Part shown: one piece after another, positions 1-13,625 of the stretch
How the letters are laid out: every line of letters begins with the position of its first letter
Numbering within the stretch: position 1 is the stretch's first letter
Assembly: GCA_030141605.1 (NCBI GenBank)
Contig: JAQGDQ010000434.1
Span: 62,001-126,000 of the forward strand
Length of the DNA stretch: 64,000 nucleotides
Origin: Tubiluchus corallicola
Taxonomy: Eukaryota; Animalia; Priapulida
Direction of reading: 5' to 3'
Position numbers and translations under genes: made by a program
The notes under the pieces: model-generated
The model's database searches: none
Told to the model about the DNA's origin: nothing
What the model saw: the letters and a program-made list of their open reading frames with translations, nothing else

Positions 1-180
1 AATGCTCTCAGGAGACTTGCCATTGTTTAATAAAAGTGAATAAAAATAATAACATATTTTAGACTTTATTTGATTTATTTGTTTAATGTATGTATGTGTA
101 ATCTGACTACACAGTGTAGTGCTACTGAAATTTGATGTGTGTATGTGTTCTAAGTTTTGTTATATGGTAATTCTTTTCAG

Positions 181-3100
181 GGTCGCGAATCAGGTTTAAT
201 GAATCGATATTCGCTGCCACAAGTTGCTCTGGTTAATCGTATTCAGCTTTCTTGCAGACCGCATTACATTGCATTAAATTGCAACTCTACGTAAGTTTTT
301 GAAATTTTTTCATGAGTAACACAACCTAATTAGCGGTTATCAATAAATTAGCAAGTAATCTCCCTTACACTACATTCTTGACAATAGTACTTGGTAAATA
401 ATGAAAATGATAAAAGATTTTCACTTTTATAAAAATGTCAGTTTTAAAAAGGTTTAGGGCAGATTTAAGTGTTCACCAGCCACAAATTTATTGATTCTTG
501 TATAGATTAAATAAAAAGACATCAGAATCGTAATTCGATCTTCACTGATTAGCAACCAGAAACAGTTTAATTATTGTTATTTTAAAAAAAATTAGAAAGT
601 TCTTGAATCGTGTTAAAAATATTCAAAATCTGAATGCTTGAACTTCACAAAATTTTTTTAACAAAGTTGATTTAAATTAGTTTCTAGTTAAAAATTATTT
701 TTGGAACTAACATCATTGGGAAATAAACTTAATTACAATTAGCGACAGGAATAATTAAGAGGTCTCTATATTGTATTTTGTTTTTAGGCGCCTGTCAATA
801 GTAGACATTTCTGGGATTCTTTTATTTTATGATTTGATTGCTCAAGACGGCAATGGAGAGCTACTAAAATTTGAGCGCAAAGATGTATGGGACATGAAAT
901 GGGCTGAGGTTTGTGCTAAATAATATACTGTGCTATAGATCAGGATGCTTAGTTTATGGTTGTAAGTCATTTCTTTGGCGACTTCTTAATTCTCTTTCTT
1001 GTCTTTTTGTTTAGTCAAAAAAACTTGTGGTATTTTATTGTTAACATGGAGCTCCATTGAACAACATTGAAAAGTTGGCAATATTAGTTTTTATTCTGCA
1101 AAAACTCAATGCTGCAATATTGTAATGTAAGAACATTAATTAGCCTCCCGGGAGATTTTTCACGGTTGCATTGGTATGTATCGACCTTTGCAGGTAGTGA
1201 TGCACTTTGTAATTATTTTCTCTGTTTTTACTATAGGATAATTCGGAACTGTTTTCGATGATGGAGAAGACACGAATGTACATTTTTCGTAACTTAGAAC
1301 CAGAGGTATTATTTCTGTTATTTTTTAAATTATTGTTTATGAATTGTTTTAGTGATACCTACCCCAAGCAGCCAAGCCAGCATAATAAACACATTTAAGA
1401 AACGCGTATAAAATTATGAACTGTAGCTCATCTCTTACCATTCTTATCTACTTTTTTAAAGCAAAACAGGACGATTTTTCATATCGTACCCATTTTGAAG
1501 TCTGGCAAAATGTATACATTTTAACACATATATTAATGCCAAAGCATTTCTGATAATAGGTTAAAACCTTAATTAGAGGCAAGCGAGCCAGGCTAATGAT
1601 GACGTCACAAACGAACATAATTTTCAACAGGAAAAACATTCCATGTTTACGAATACGAAAATTGAATGCAGTGCTACTGTACAATATTGTAATATACGAA
1701 AACACCGCAAATTTTAAAATAAAAATTGAAATTTTAAATTTACCGCTGTGCTCACGCATGAGCTCTGAAATGTGTGCATTACATCACAAACGAACAGCTC
1801 TAGCGCCATCTGCTTTTCATGCAACGCTTTTCTGAAGTGCAGGTGCTAGTGCTCATCTAACTAACGAATGGTGAAATGCATGTAACAGCGAAGAACTAGT
1901 TCTTTCATGAAAGTCATTTTTGAAAAAATAGTATGCTTCCTTTCAATATTTTAAAGAGTAGATTGCTTTGACCTACAGTTTAGGATTGCATTTGGTTTTC
2001 CTTTAATGATCTTTAGGAGCCGATGATCTGCAGTGGTTATCTTTGCCAGTTCACTGATTTAGAAATCAAATCTTGCTTATTGGATGACATTATGAAAAAT
2101 CCTGACTCACCTGAGGGAGACTGTATGGTGGAAATGGAAATTAAGGTATTACTATATTTTACTCTGAACACTTTCTCACTTACTTTATTGCATTTTGTAA
2201 CACTAAATTTCCCCTTCACTCCATATTACATTCTTAGTTTTAAACTTACTACAGACTTTGGTTCATCATTGCACACATGATTGTATCATATTAACTGTGT
2301 CTGCTTACTATTGTAGTCTTTGCGTGATAGCCGTGATTTGCTGGAGAAGGTTGGTGTAGAGGAGGCACTGAAGTTCATTGAGGAAAAACCACATCCTCGC
2401 TTATGGTATGCAGCATGAAATTTTTTATGTGTCATCTACTTTAACATCGAGGATTTTATTTGGCCATGAGAAGACTTTTTAGTCGAAGAGTTTTTAAAAC
2501 ACACTATCAGTTTGCACTGCATTTGTACCAAACTACTAGAGTAACTAACATGTAATGTTCAATGTGAGTTCCTCTCGTGTCCAGATGTGTAACAGCTGTT
2601 TGTTTGAAATATTGTGGAACTTTTTGAAAATAATAGCACATTATTAGCAGCATTGTTATTGGCAGATGATTTTACTTTAGCAAAAGCCAGAAAGTTGCTT
2701 GTTTGTTTAATTTTCCTTTGTGTCTTTTAATGAATTAGTGGAGCATTGTCCAAACCGTGCAACTGTTTTTGGTTTTTCCTCCATTAAACTGTGTCTTTCT
2801 TTCATAGGCGATTGTTAGGTGAAAATGCACTTCAAAAACAAGAGCTGAAAACAGCAGAGTTAGCTTTTGTTCACTGTAAAGATTATCAGACCATACAGTT
2901 TATAAAGAAGTTACAGGCTATGCAGGTTTGTTCATTGCGATTTTCCAGATATTTTGAATGGCTGAAAATGGGTACCAAACGGCTCTGGAAGGAGATTTGC
3001 TCTCCTTGCCAAACACCTTGGTGGCTGGGGAAAGGCATTAACTTCTCCCAGCAAGCAAATGCATTTTTTATTTTAATTTTTGAACACATTTTTATAAATG

Positions 3101-6100
3101 TACATAGACGTATTGTCCAATTTTTCCAGGGGGGAGGCTATTTCGCCCGAAAAATATTCAGAAAAGCGATAAGTCAACTTTGTGTCGGGAATTGCCTTAC
3201 CCCACCCCGTAATAAAAAACGCCCGGATTTCCGGCACTTCATTTAGTGGCATGGAGAAATTACGAGATTTCCTTTTATGAAAAATATTGTTTCCTTTTTC
3301 ATCGTTTGACTGGTGCTCGAAAATTTTGGTGATTGCCTGAAAAAAATGTGTTTGCAGCCCCCCCCCGGCTTGTACGCCTATGAAATGTAGAAAAAGGGTG
3401 TTTTTTTATGCTATGTGTATATTGCTCTCTTGTTAAAAGCCTTAGCTTTGTTTGAAGTTTTACAGTTTAAAGAAATCATGTAATTTATACATATTAATGT
3501 TTTATTAATTAATGAGATGCACAATATTCACTTTGAGCTACAAAATTGCTATGACACACGAGCTAACTTCTTAAGTCTCCACATTTAATAACGGATATTA
3601 TAACTGATCGTACACTACTGTTTTGTTATTTTTTATGTTGAGTGCATTTATTCGTAAACTTAAATATTTTTTTATACCTAGTCTGAACATCTCCGTGCTG
3701 CCGAGGTTTGTGCTTATTTTAAGAAATTTGATGAAGCGGAAAAGAAATACTTGGAAATGGATAGACGGTACTACAATGTCTGTTCTGTTTTTTCAGCTTA
3801 CTTTAACTCTTGGTCGCACTACTTGCATGTTAAGTACTGTTAAGCTTTTATACCCTTTACTCTGTATACCTCTAAATCAGGGCAAATGAAATACAGTATT
3901 ATTAGTATTATTATTATTAATATTATTATTATTTATTAGGCGCAAAAATAAATATATACATTTTATACATGAGTAAATGTAAACGGTAAAATTGTATAGC
4001 TGTGATCAATATGAAGGTTCTGCCTACCACTGTGTGCCATGGATGACAGCAAGGAACTAAATCGTTGAACAGATCACTGCCTTTTATCAGATCCACTACA
4101 GTGTTAGTCCTACTACGGAAAATAAAAAACATTGCCAATAAGTTGGAACAAGTTTAATTGTGTTTTGAGAAGTAGCTTAATTTAATATGGTCTTAAAGTC
4201 TAATGTATTAGAAAAACTTTAGTTGTATGACTATATCAACCTGATTGCTACCCATGCAAGCCAAATATGGGGTTTAGTGGCTTACCAGTATATACTCGCA
4301 GTGTTCCTTCAGGTAGAGTTAGCTACATTTTGCATGTGTTCATGAAAAACTGCTCTCGCTAAGCAACGATTACATTATATTTGATAACTTTTGTATGTTT
4401 CTACTCATGCATTTGGAATGCATTTGCTGACCTTGGACTAATTAAAAATAATTTTTTGAAGAAAAAATGAAAAAAGCTTTTCCTAACTGTAGTGTTTGCA
4501 CCATAACAATGTATAGTATCGCTTGCATAAAAACTGCTAATGCAGCAAATTTCAACTATCCAGACACAACACATGGATAGACTTCGACCTCATGTCTAGT
4601 CTATTTTTAAGGAGAAATTCCTGTTAAAAGTGAAACTTGATTTGTATTTGGCTGATCGGTCGTTTTTTCCTGGAACAGCAGAAAAACTCCATACAGCAGA
4701 CAGTTCTTTTGGACTGTAGCGAGCACATAATCAATAAAGTAGTGTGTGTAATCGCGCAAGTGCAAGCCAGACTAAGCTACTCGATAGGCTAAGTCAGATT
4801 GCTTAAAAATTGTGTGTTCTTCTTAGTATTATCCAACTAAATCACTTATAAATGCTTAAAGAAATAGAGTGGATCACCGAGATTCGTTTGAGTAGAACAG
4901 TACCTAGTTTGTAATCACTTAATTATGTCTGTCCTCATGCAGTAACAGAAAATTTGTATGTCTTATAAGACCTATTTTGAGTGGTGCGGTCCTGAAGCGG
5001 TTAGAGTAATTTTATGCTACCACTCATGGAGACACAATACTTTTGTAATTAATAACATGGGAAATATGTTGTTTATTTTTCTGCCTGTAGATAATCATTT
5101 TTTCCAATTTAATAGTGTTTAAAGAACAGTAAAGTTGTCACTGAATAAAATTTTGTGTAATCAGTGTTTCATTTTTCCAACTTCATTAACAGTGTGTTAA
5201 TTTTTATTTTTTCTCTGTTTTTCTAGAGATTTAGCTGTTATTCTTCGTCAGAAGCTCGGTGACTGGTTTCGTGTCGTGCAGTTACTAAAGTCCGGGAGTG
5301 GAGGAGGAAATGATGTACAGCTAGAAGAAGCTTGGAATGCTATTGGCGACTACTATGCAGATCGACAGAAATGGTTAATTGAAATTTTTCTTTCACATTC
5401 GATTATTTAATGTACAAATTTATTTTTTTACACAATTTTCCTGAATTACTAAAGCATTACTAACTTTATTCGTGCTTTTTACAATGTTAATTGGTTGTTC
5501 TTGCCAAACTGGACATTAGATCTTAAAATTTGAATGTCTTTGCAGGGACAGTGCTGTTAACTACTACATACAAGGCAGAAATCAAGAAAGACTGGCTGAG
5601 TGTTATTATATGATTGAAGATTATGCAGGCTTGGAGACACTAGTTGCTAATTTGCCTGAAAATCATAAACTTCTGATAGTAAGTTGGGGCATTTGGTAGT
5701 TTTGATTTTGAATTGGACTCATTGTCTTGTTGCGATTGCGATTGCGATACTCGACTCTCTCCACCTATCCGAGGTGGGCACCTTTATAGGGTGCAAAGTC
5801 TCTTCTTCTTTAACGCTGATCTTTTATTTGTCTTTTCCAAGTTTAATGTCTTTATTTGTCTTTATCCTGTATTCCATACATTCGTTCACTAGATTTCTAA
5901 TTTCTAGCAATCCTTCCTTTTCACTGTTCATTAATACTTCCGAGTTCAAAATTTTTTTCCATTCTCCATATCTGTAACATCTAAGCATATGTTCAGTAGT
6001 GTCATCATCTTCCTCACACACTGGGCATAATAACTGATCCTTAAACTCATTCTTGTAGTTCCCCTTAACTTTAATCATATTCAGTCTTATTTTCAATATA

Positions 6101-9100
6101 TCTTTAACCTCTTCTGGCTTGCATGTGTCTATGTAATTTTGTCGTTTCCACTCGGTATGCCTTAAAAATCTTAATTTAGTGCTGCTCTTGCATTTTTCTG
6201 CACATTCGCTCTTTATACAACGTTCAATCTTATTCTTTATTTCTTTCTTCCATTCAGACTTTTTCATGACCTTCACCCTTTCTTTATTAGCATCTATGGT
6301 ATATATTTTTGCAGTCTCAAATACTTCATTATACCATGACCTTTTGTGTACACTGTTTATTTGCATTTCGAGTATCTCTGATGCTAATCTCTTTGGTTTA
6401 CTAATCAATAAATTCCGATAGAACATCAATCTCCTATAGTTTACTTTATGTTTTAGAGGCCATATGCCTATTTCAGTTACTAATCCCCAGTATGGCGTTG
6501 ATTCACTAAGGTTAAATAATGTTTTTAAAGCATTTGCTTGAATCATTTCTAATTTCTCCCAATCAGTTGTTGTCAAATTTGACCATGTCTCAGAACTATT
6601 TAGCACTGCACTCACTGAAAGAAGCTCGTACAGCATTAGTTTTACCCCTATTGAGCAATCTCCCACTTTCAGCTCACCTCCTATTGTATTGATGTAACTA
6701 ATTATCATTTTGTTTTTCCAAACATTATATCATAACTACCTTTTGTATTTATCCAATCTCCCAAATATTGGTATTCCTCTACTTCCTTAACCTCTCCGTT
6801 CCTTAGTGACTCACATAATTCTGGGATCCTTTTCTTTCGTGTCATGTTAGTTCTCATATATTGTGTTTTCTGTATATTGAATGATAATCTTTTGGTTCTT
6901 TCAATTTCTTGACAGTTTTTAATCATCTGCTTGATTATAGTTTCTTGTCCTATTCTGACAATATCGTCAATGAATAATAACATACCCACATGTATATTCC
7001 TTCCTGCCCATTACAGTCCCTGTTGTCACCATCTCATTAATCCGGTTTATTGCAGCACAACATAGTAATGGTCCCAACACTGTTCCCTGTCGGACTATTT
7101 CATTTATTTCTATCTGGTCTGTTTTTCCCAATGGCGTTTCTATAACTATTTCTGCAATTTCATTCAGTTTATATATCATAAATATTTCTCATGGTGATAT
7201 GCCCATCCTCCATAATTCTGTCAATGCATCTTTCAACCACAACTTATCAAAACACTTTTCTATGTCACAAAAAATTATGTACACTTCATTTTTATAAAAC
7301 CTGTTATACTCTAACATTGCCCTCAAGGTGTACAGATGGTCATAGACCCCTCTGTTTTTTCTTCCGCCACATTGATGTACTCCTATGTTTTCTTCAAATT
7401 TAACTATTATTCTATTTTTGATCACTTTTTCCATTAGTTTACTGAAAATATTTGTTATGAACAGCCCTCGTCTATTTTTCATCTCTTGCTTGTCACCTTT
7501 TCCCTTATAAATTGACTTTATTTTCATTTGGGCCCATTGTTTCGGTATTTTCTTTTGCTTCATTATTTCATTCAGCATTGCTGCTATAATATCAATAAAT
7601 CCCTTCCCTGCTTGTTTGATCATTTCATTCTTCCATCCTTGCATGTCTGGAGCCTTTTTATTTTTTAGTGATTGAACTGCTTCATTCACTTCACTGTTAG
7701 TAATTTCTTTTACTTCCTCCTCACTTGCCATTTGTTCAACATGTTTGAAAATTTGTTCAACCCTTGATTCTATCATTTGCTCATATTCATCCTCTGTCTG
7801 AGTAGGAGTTAGCAATTCTTCATAATATTTTTTAAAAATCAACTTAATTTTTCCTGGATCCTCTTGGATCTCACCTTGTTTATCTCTCATTGCTATAGCT
7901 TCTTCCATTTTAGGTTTATCGATGCCATTTTTGAATTCCCAAAACAACTGCTGGTTAAGTTTTCCATTTACTGTAATTGTCCTAACAGTTTTATTTATTC
8001 TATTTATTTGTTCCTTCCTTTGCACAACCCTCATCATGTTTTCTATTAGTTCAATTTTTATTTTTATCATTCTTTTTCTTTCCGAGTCTTCTTCATCGCT
8101 CATTTCACGTTTTAACTTACGTCTTTCTTTATTTAGCTTCCTTGACATTTTACTTCCATATTTTTGTTTCCTTTTTCCTTTTACTGAAAGGCACCTGTCT
8201 CTTACTACTGCAGCTTGATTTATCCAGCCATCATATTTGCTCTGAATTGATCTGTTACTGCTCCATACTTTACTAAATATTTGATCATCAGTTTCTTTTT
8301 TGTATCTGTTCATTTTATTTTTATTCGACACTACTAATTTTTTTATCTCATCACTTTTATCTCTTTTCATTTTACTAATCTCAACCCAATCAAATTCACT
8401 ATATATTGTGTTATGGTCTGTATATACAATTTTTTTCTCGCCACTACTAGTCACTCTGTACACTCCATACAGTTTTTGTTCATCAACAAGTGTGAACCTA
8501 TGTGCATTTACATCATTTGCACTTATTATTATATAATCAATAACAGATTTTTTCCCAGCTTCTTCTCTTGTCCAAATTCCTGAGCATTCTTCAGTTGCAT
8601 TTTTGCAAGATTAGCTTCCGGTCCAGGGCCAGAATTTCCATACGAATCCATTTGCGTAAACATTCACATCAATGCCCATTACCGTGAATTAGATTCACGC
8701 AGGCTTTTCCTGAATGTTAAAGAAACAGAAAAACTGGCACTAATCTGACTTTTTTGCTTGTTGCCTTATGCTAGCATGTATGCTGCCATATTGCACTTGC
8801 AAGCTTTCTTAGTTGCCAAGAGTGTTTGGCGCACTGCACTTTGAGCACTACAAGTAAAACTTGTAGGGATGTACACTCGTTGCCAAGCCAACAAGAATGC
8901 AAACTTTAGGTAGACAATGTAAAGTTTGGAAATGGCCGATTTGTCAGATTATCAATAAAACTCTTCATGTTTCGCATAAATTTAGAACAATTCTTTTGTT
9001 TCAAATGCTTGTTATACACTTCTTGATGAAGGAATGATGACTTGGTTCACTGACAAAGAGAAGAACTAAAAAATTCTAAATGGCTGGGAGACTGAATCAG

Positions 9101-12100
9101 GAAATGTTAGGTCTCATTTTGAAAAAACATCTTGTAATAAATTAATTTAACTGAAATTCAATCTTCACTGTTTCAGTAATTAATAGTTTATCGTACTTGA
9201 ACTACGTAATTTAGTACTTGATTCTGTGTATTCTCGTAAAGTCACGGTGAGAATCTGCTTAGATTCTGCAAAAAATAATGAAATTCTGGTCCTGCTACTT
9301 ATTGTATGTTCTATGTTGCCTACTAAGGAAAGCAGTGTGTTTATATATGTGGAACACTGATTGTATATTAGGTTAATCATTTTTATATAAACTTTATTAA
9401 ATTAAAAGATGTGGTACAGTTAGTAAATACGTCTCTTTATAATACTGTCACACATAATTTTGTGAATGCAGAACATGGTTGGTTATTTTAAAAGAATGTA
9501 GTCCCAGTGAAGCAATGAAGTTTTTATTACATTTTTAGATAAATTCATTTTCTAATATTGCAGTAATTTAATCATTTTTGTTTTTTTAGGAGATAGCACA
9601 AATGTTTGTAAGTGTTGGAATGTCAAACCAGGCTGTAACAGCTTATACAAAGGTTTGTATAAACATCACATGATAACAGAACATTTTGTGTGCTTATTGC
9701 AATATTGTAATTTATTGTTGGCCTTCCGTTAAAACAACTGTGTAATTACTCTCAACGTTTTGCAGCTAAACAGATTTTAGTATGCTAATGTATTTTTGTA
9801 GTGTGGTAGATATAAAGCTGCCGTAGATGCCTGCATTCAGTTAAACCAGTGGAACATGGCCATTGAGCTCGCCAAGGCACATAATATGAAAGAAATTGAT
9901 ACTCTATTAGTAAAATATGCACAACATCTGCTGGGCAAAAACAAGCTTCTTAGTGCAATTGAATTATACAAGAAAGCTAATCGTTTCTTGGATGCTGCTA
10001 AACTGCTTTACAAGGTAAATAAAAACAATTTTTAGTAGTGTTCTAAAAGCGTTGCATTCATTCGCCAAAAGGAAGCACGAATTTCATACGAAATCTTACG
10101 TAATATACATACATAATCTTACAATATCTTACAAATTTTAAATTTTACCAGAGTGATGCAGTCTTTTCATTATGTATTGGGAATTGTTAATAACTTAGTT
10201 TCTTACTTTTTAGATAGCAGAGGATGAAATTAAAAAGAAGAGTCCTATTCTGAGAATTAAAAAGATTTTTGTGCTTTGTGGGCTGATGGTGGAGAAACAC
10301 AATGAGCAGTTGAAAGCTAGACTCAAGGCAGGGAAAACTGATGTAAGATTTGCTTGTTATTTTTGTGTGACAAATAAAATTTCTGCATATTTTGCAGTCT
10401 TACGCAGTTTCCTGCATGTTCTGTATGTTTTTGTATCGTACCATTTTGTATGGCTTATGCTAAAATAAAATTGTAATCAACTTATCACACAGTCAGTTTT
10501 GTTGTAGAGAAAAATTTGAAAAACAAAAATCGAAGTTTTAATTTCACAGCACTTGTTTACTTCATGTAGTTTTATCCTTTTGTATATTAGAATAAAAATA
10601 CAGATCAAAAGATGTCATTAACTTTGTAAAAACTGACTGTATGATAACCTGTGTTTACACTTTTGAATTATTTATATAGTTCACCATTTCATTACAGACT
10701 TCATTTATATCATTCTAGACAAGTGCAGCTTTGGCTTCATTATTAGATGAAGACAGTGGAGGAGCTGGTGACACTCTGGTTTTGGAAAACGCATGGAGAG
10801 GTGCAAGAGCATTTCATTTCTACTTACTAGCCCAGAGACAGCTACATCAAGGTGATGCAAATACTTTTTGTTAGTTATTAGCAGGTTGTCTATTTGCTTG
10901 GTAGTATGATGTTTTCCCATTTTTACCTGAAATTATCCTCTTGTAAATTCCTAGCCAACAGGTATTAAAAGATAATATAACAAGCTAACGTTAAAACCTG
11001 TGAAGTAGTTGGTCAGTCATATAACTTACCATTGAGCTATTAGAATTAAATAAAGGCTTACCTTGATCACAACAACAGTTGGATGTGGTCCAGTAGTCAC
11101 AGCTTTGGACTTGTGAGATGAGGTTTCCTGGTTCAGTGCTGACTCGGTCAAATTTTCTCATTGTCTCTGCAGCTAAGTTTTATTTGCAACATAGCTATTG
11201 CAAATTCCTTAGAGGTCTGAAGTTCAAAAAAAATAACAGCTGATTCTTATGCATGGAGAAGTCACTCTATCACATACCTGTCAGTAAGAAATTTCTACAG
11301 CTCTTTGGTTTTGCTCATTCCTGTCACAAATTGGTTATTAATTTACAATAGAGGTGTGACGTGTTTTGATCCAGTTTGGTTTTAAAAATTTAATAAATGT
11401 GCTCAGTCCATATAGCAAAATATTTTGTTAATTTCCAAAATGTGTTATTCTGATGTTACAGATTTTTCCCGTTTTATTAGCTCATTGTTTGCTGTTCACT
11501 GACAGTGAAAATACAAATGAAATGGGGATTGCTACTAGCAAAAACAACTTCTTATTAGCAGAGTTTTATTGAAACCAGTAGTGTTATGTTTATGTGGCAC
11601 ACGTGGAAGTTTATTATACACCAATTGTTATCTTGCTGTGTTAAGCTATCAAAATATGAAACCAGTCAGGAATACAAGAAAAAGAGTTAGACATCTATTT
11701 TAGAAGTCTTTAAGAGGCTTTTTTAGAAAACAGTGACTCGGCAAGAAGACTTCTAGTTTCAGCAAGTCAAGAATTCATCTGTAGAATGATTCAAATATTC
11801 ATAATTATACGAAAAAGTAGGTGGCAAAGTTTTATTATTATAGTCGTCCCTAAACTGTGCACATCATTGAGGTTGAACTTACTTTGGAAATTTTCGTATA
11901 GGTTACTTTGATTCAAGTATGAAGACCTGTTTACACTTACATGAATATGAGGATCTAGTTAATGCAGAGGATGTAAACTCTCTTTTAGGTATGACATTGT
12001 TCACTGTACTTATTCCAAACTACAAATTCCAACCATCATTTTTAGTATGATGTTTTTGATAATTTTTAGTATGTCAGTATGGCGAAAAGCATTTTTGCCT

Positions 12101-13625
12101 CATCTGATCAGTGAAGTAGCAAAGTCAAAGATTGTTTTGGGTTTTCATTTATAGACAAGTTTCTTCAACAAGTTGTGTAAAAAATGAATGTCATTTATTA
12201 TTCTTTTAATGTAATTTTTCGCTACTTCTTTGTACAAGAAGCGTTTAATAATCCTAAGTTTGTCAGTTTAGCAACTATACTTTTTTTGTAATTATTTCAA
12301 GTTGCCAACGTAATGATCTTTTGTTTGTCTTTAATTATTCTTCTGGTTCAGTTTTTGCTGTTCAGTTATTAGGATGACGTGAATACAGTTTACTTAAAGA
12401 AATTTGGTAGAGCTAAAACTTAAAAATATTGTTAAGTAGATGACACAATTTTCTTGTTATAGCATTGGCTGCTTGCGCAAACCAAGCATTCAGTACTTGT
12501 TCTAAAGCTTTCACTAAACTGCAGTCTCTGGAAGGTATCTCTCTAGCACAGAAACAACTGTATGAACAATTATCACTTGAAATCTTTATAAAGTAAGAAT
12601 TATTTTTTTCTTTCTCTGATACAAGTATTTGTAAAAACTTAAATGTTTTCAATATCTTCAGTTTTTCTTTTTTCTTTAAAATGCTAAGATATGGGCAACA
12701 TTTTGGTCTGCAAGTTATAATTAGAAAGCATTTTCTAAGCTATCTTACTACGTGTAGTCATTGTTGAGTTTTACTTGGAAGTTGTGATTAGTCGAATACC
12801 TATTTAGATGCTTTAAGTGATTATTACACACTATTTAAATAATAATGGTCATTGCTATGTTGATTTTAAGGCACCCACCTAAGGACGTGAAACAGCGTAA
12901 GACAGAATGTAGCAACTGTGAATCGATGATACCAGACTGGTAAGTCATTTCGTATGTTGTTATGTGGTGTTTTTGAAATTTTATACAATCTTAAAGACAT
13001 TACAATATTATTAGGTGAAGCCATTCAGTTAGCTGTTTAATTTTGATATGCTGTAATTAAGTTATGTACGTTGTTATTTTTTCTGAAATTGATTTTGTTG
13101 CATGTTACATGTTTTATGTTGCGAGTACTTAAGAAGTTGTTTTCTATAGTTTGCAAAAGTCTGTTAAATAAAAGACTCTGTATTAACTAAAGTACATGTA
13201 ATGATATGTGTATAAAATCACAATAGTGATACTCTATATGCCTAGCAAAATGTAGAGTGGAGTAATATTCAGTAGCAGCACTGGTTGTCTCATTTTACTG
13301 CAGCAAAAAAAATGAAATTGCCAGTTGTTTTGGACGTTATTCAGCAGAATGTGCTGTAAAAGTGACTCGAAAAGCTCGTATTTGATTTTGCCCATTCGCA
13401 ACTGGGTAAATGCTTTTTTATAATATACAATCTAATTGAAATCAATTTGATAACTCTAGGAGTCTAGTGTGTCCTCACTGCGATACCAAGTTTGCTACGT
13501 GCATTGTTACAGGCCGCCCAATCATGGAGTATAATTTCTGGCAGTGCCTGACTTGTAAACACCGTGCTAGTGAGCATGACATAGCTACACGACAAACCTG
13601 TCCTCTCTGCCACTCTCCTGTATAG
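181..13625 (+). CDS. WDR35: WD repeat-containing protein 35 / IFT121 (IFT-A subunit); 3' portion, 17 exons, 5' end outside the window
   Basis: GT-AG exons splice in frame: 181-290, 788-908, 1237-1305, 2017-2145, 2317-2405, 2808-2925, 3682-3767, 5227-5373, 5546-5678, 9590-9652, 9802-10014, 10214-10342, 10719-10851, 11902-11988, 12463-12592, 12871-12939, 13460-13625 (TAG). Peptides match WDR35 as I know it: [79 protein letters not shown], ending CPLCHSPV. Confidence 0.97.
3103..3382. mobile_element. MITE-like non-autonomous DNA transposon (~280 bp) in a WDR35 intron
   Basis: Termini CATAGACGTA and TACGCCTATG (9/10 inverted match), G-run/C-run subterminal motifs, and direct repeat AAATGTA on both sides (3096-3102, 3383-3389). 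Confidence 0.7.
5730..8605 (-). mobile_element. 5'-truncated non-LTR retrotransposon (APE endonuclease C-terminus, reverse transcriptase, C-terminal CCHC finger), antisense in a WDR35 intron
   Basis: The reading frame extends upstream of ORF 7189..8463 as [14 protein letters not shown]...YTDHN (APE end). RT motifs [50 protein letters not shown] follow, then [17 protein letters not shown]. Disablements: one in-frame TGA (7189-7191) and two frameshifts (~6980, ~6706). 3' tail is (ATCGCA)3 at ~5730-5748. No TSD found. Confidence 0.93.
11079..11150 (+). mobile_element. Degenerate tRNA-derived SINE head (putative)
   Basis: A-box-like TGGTCCAGTAG and B-box-like GGTTCAGTGC at tRNA-like spacing; no intact cloverleaf. 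Confidence 0.3.

Noticed and set aside
1448-1970. ORFs 1448-1759 and 1596-1835 and a CTCF-like TAGCGCCATCTG at 1801
   Set aside because: Intronic with no recognisable motifs; probably a decayed repeat, but I could not define convincing termini. The CTCF match is partial.
5684-8536. Hydrophobic + strand ORFs overlapping the LINE
   Set aside because: Antisense shadows of the A-rich LINE ORF2.
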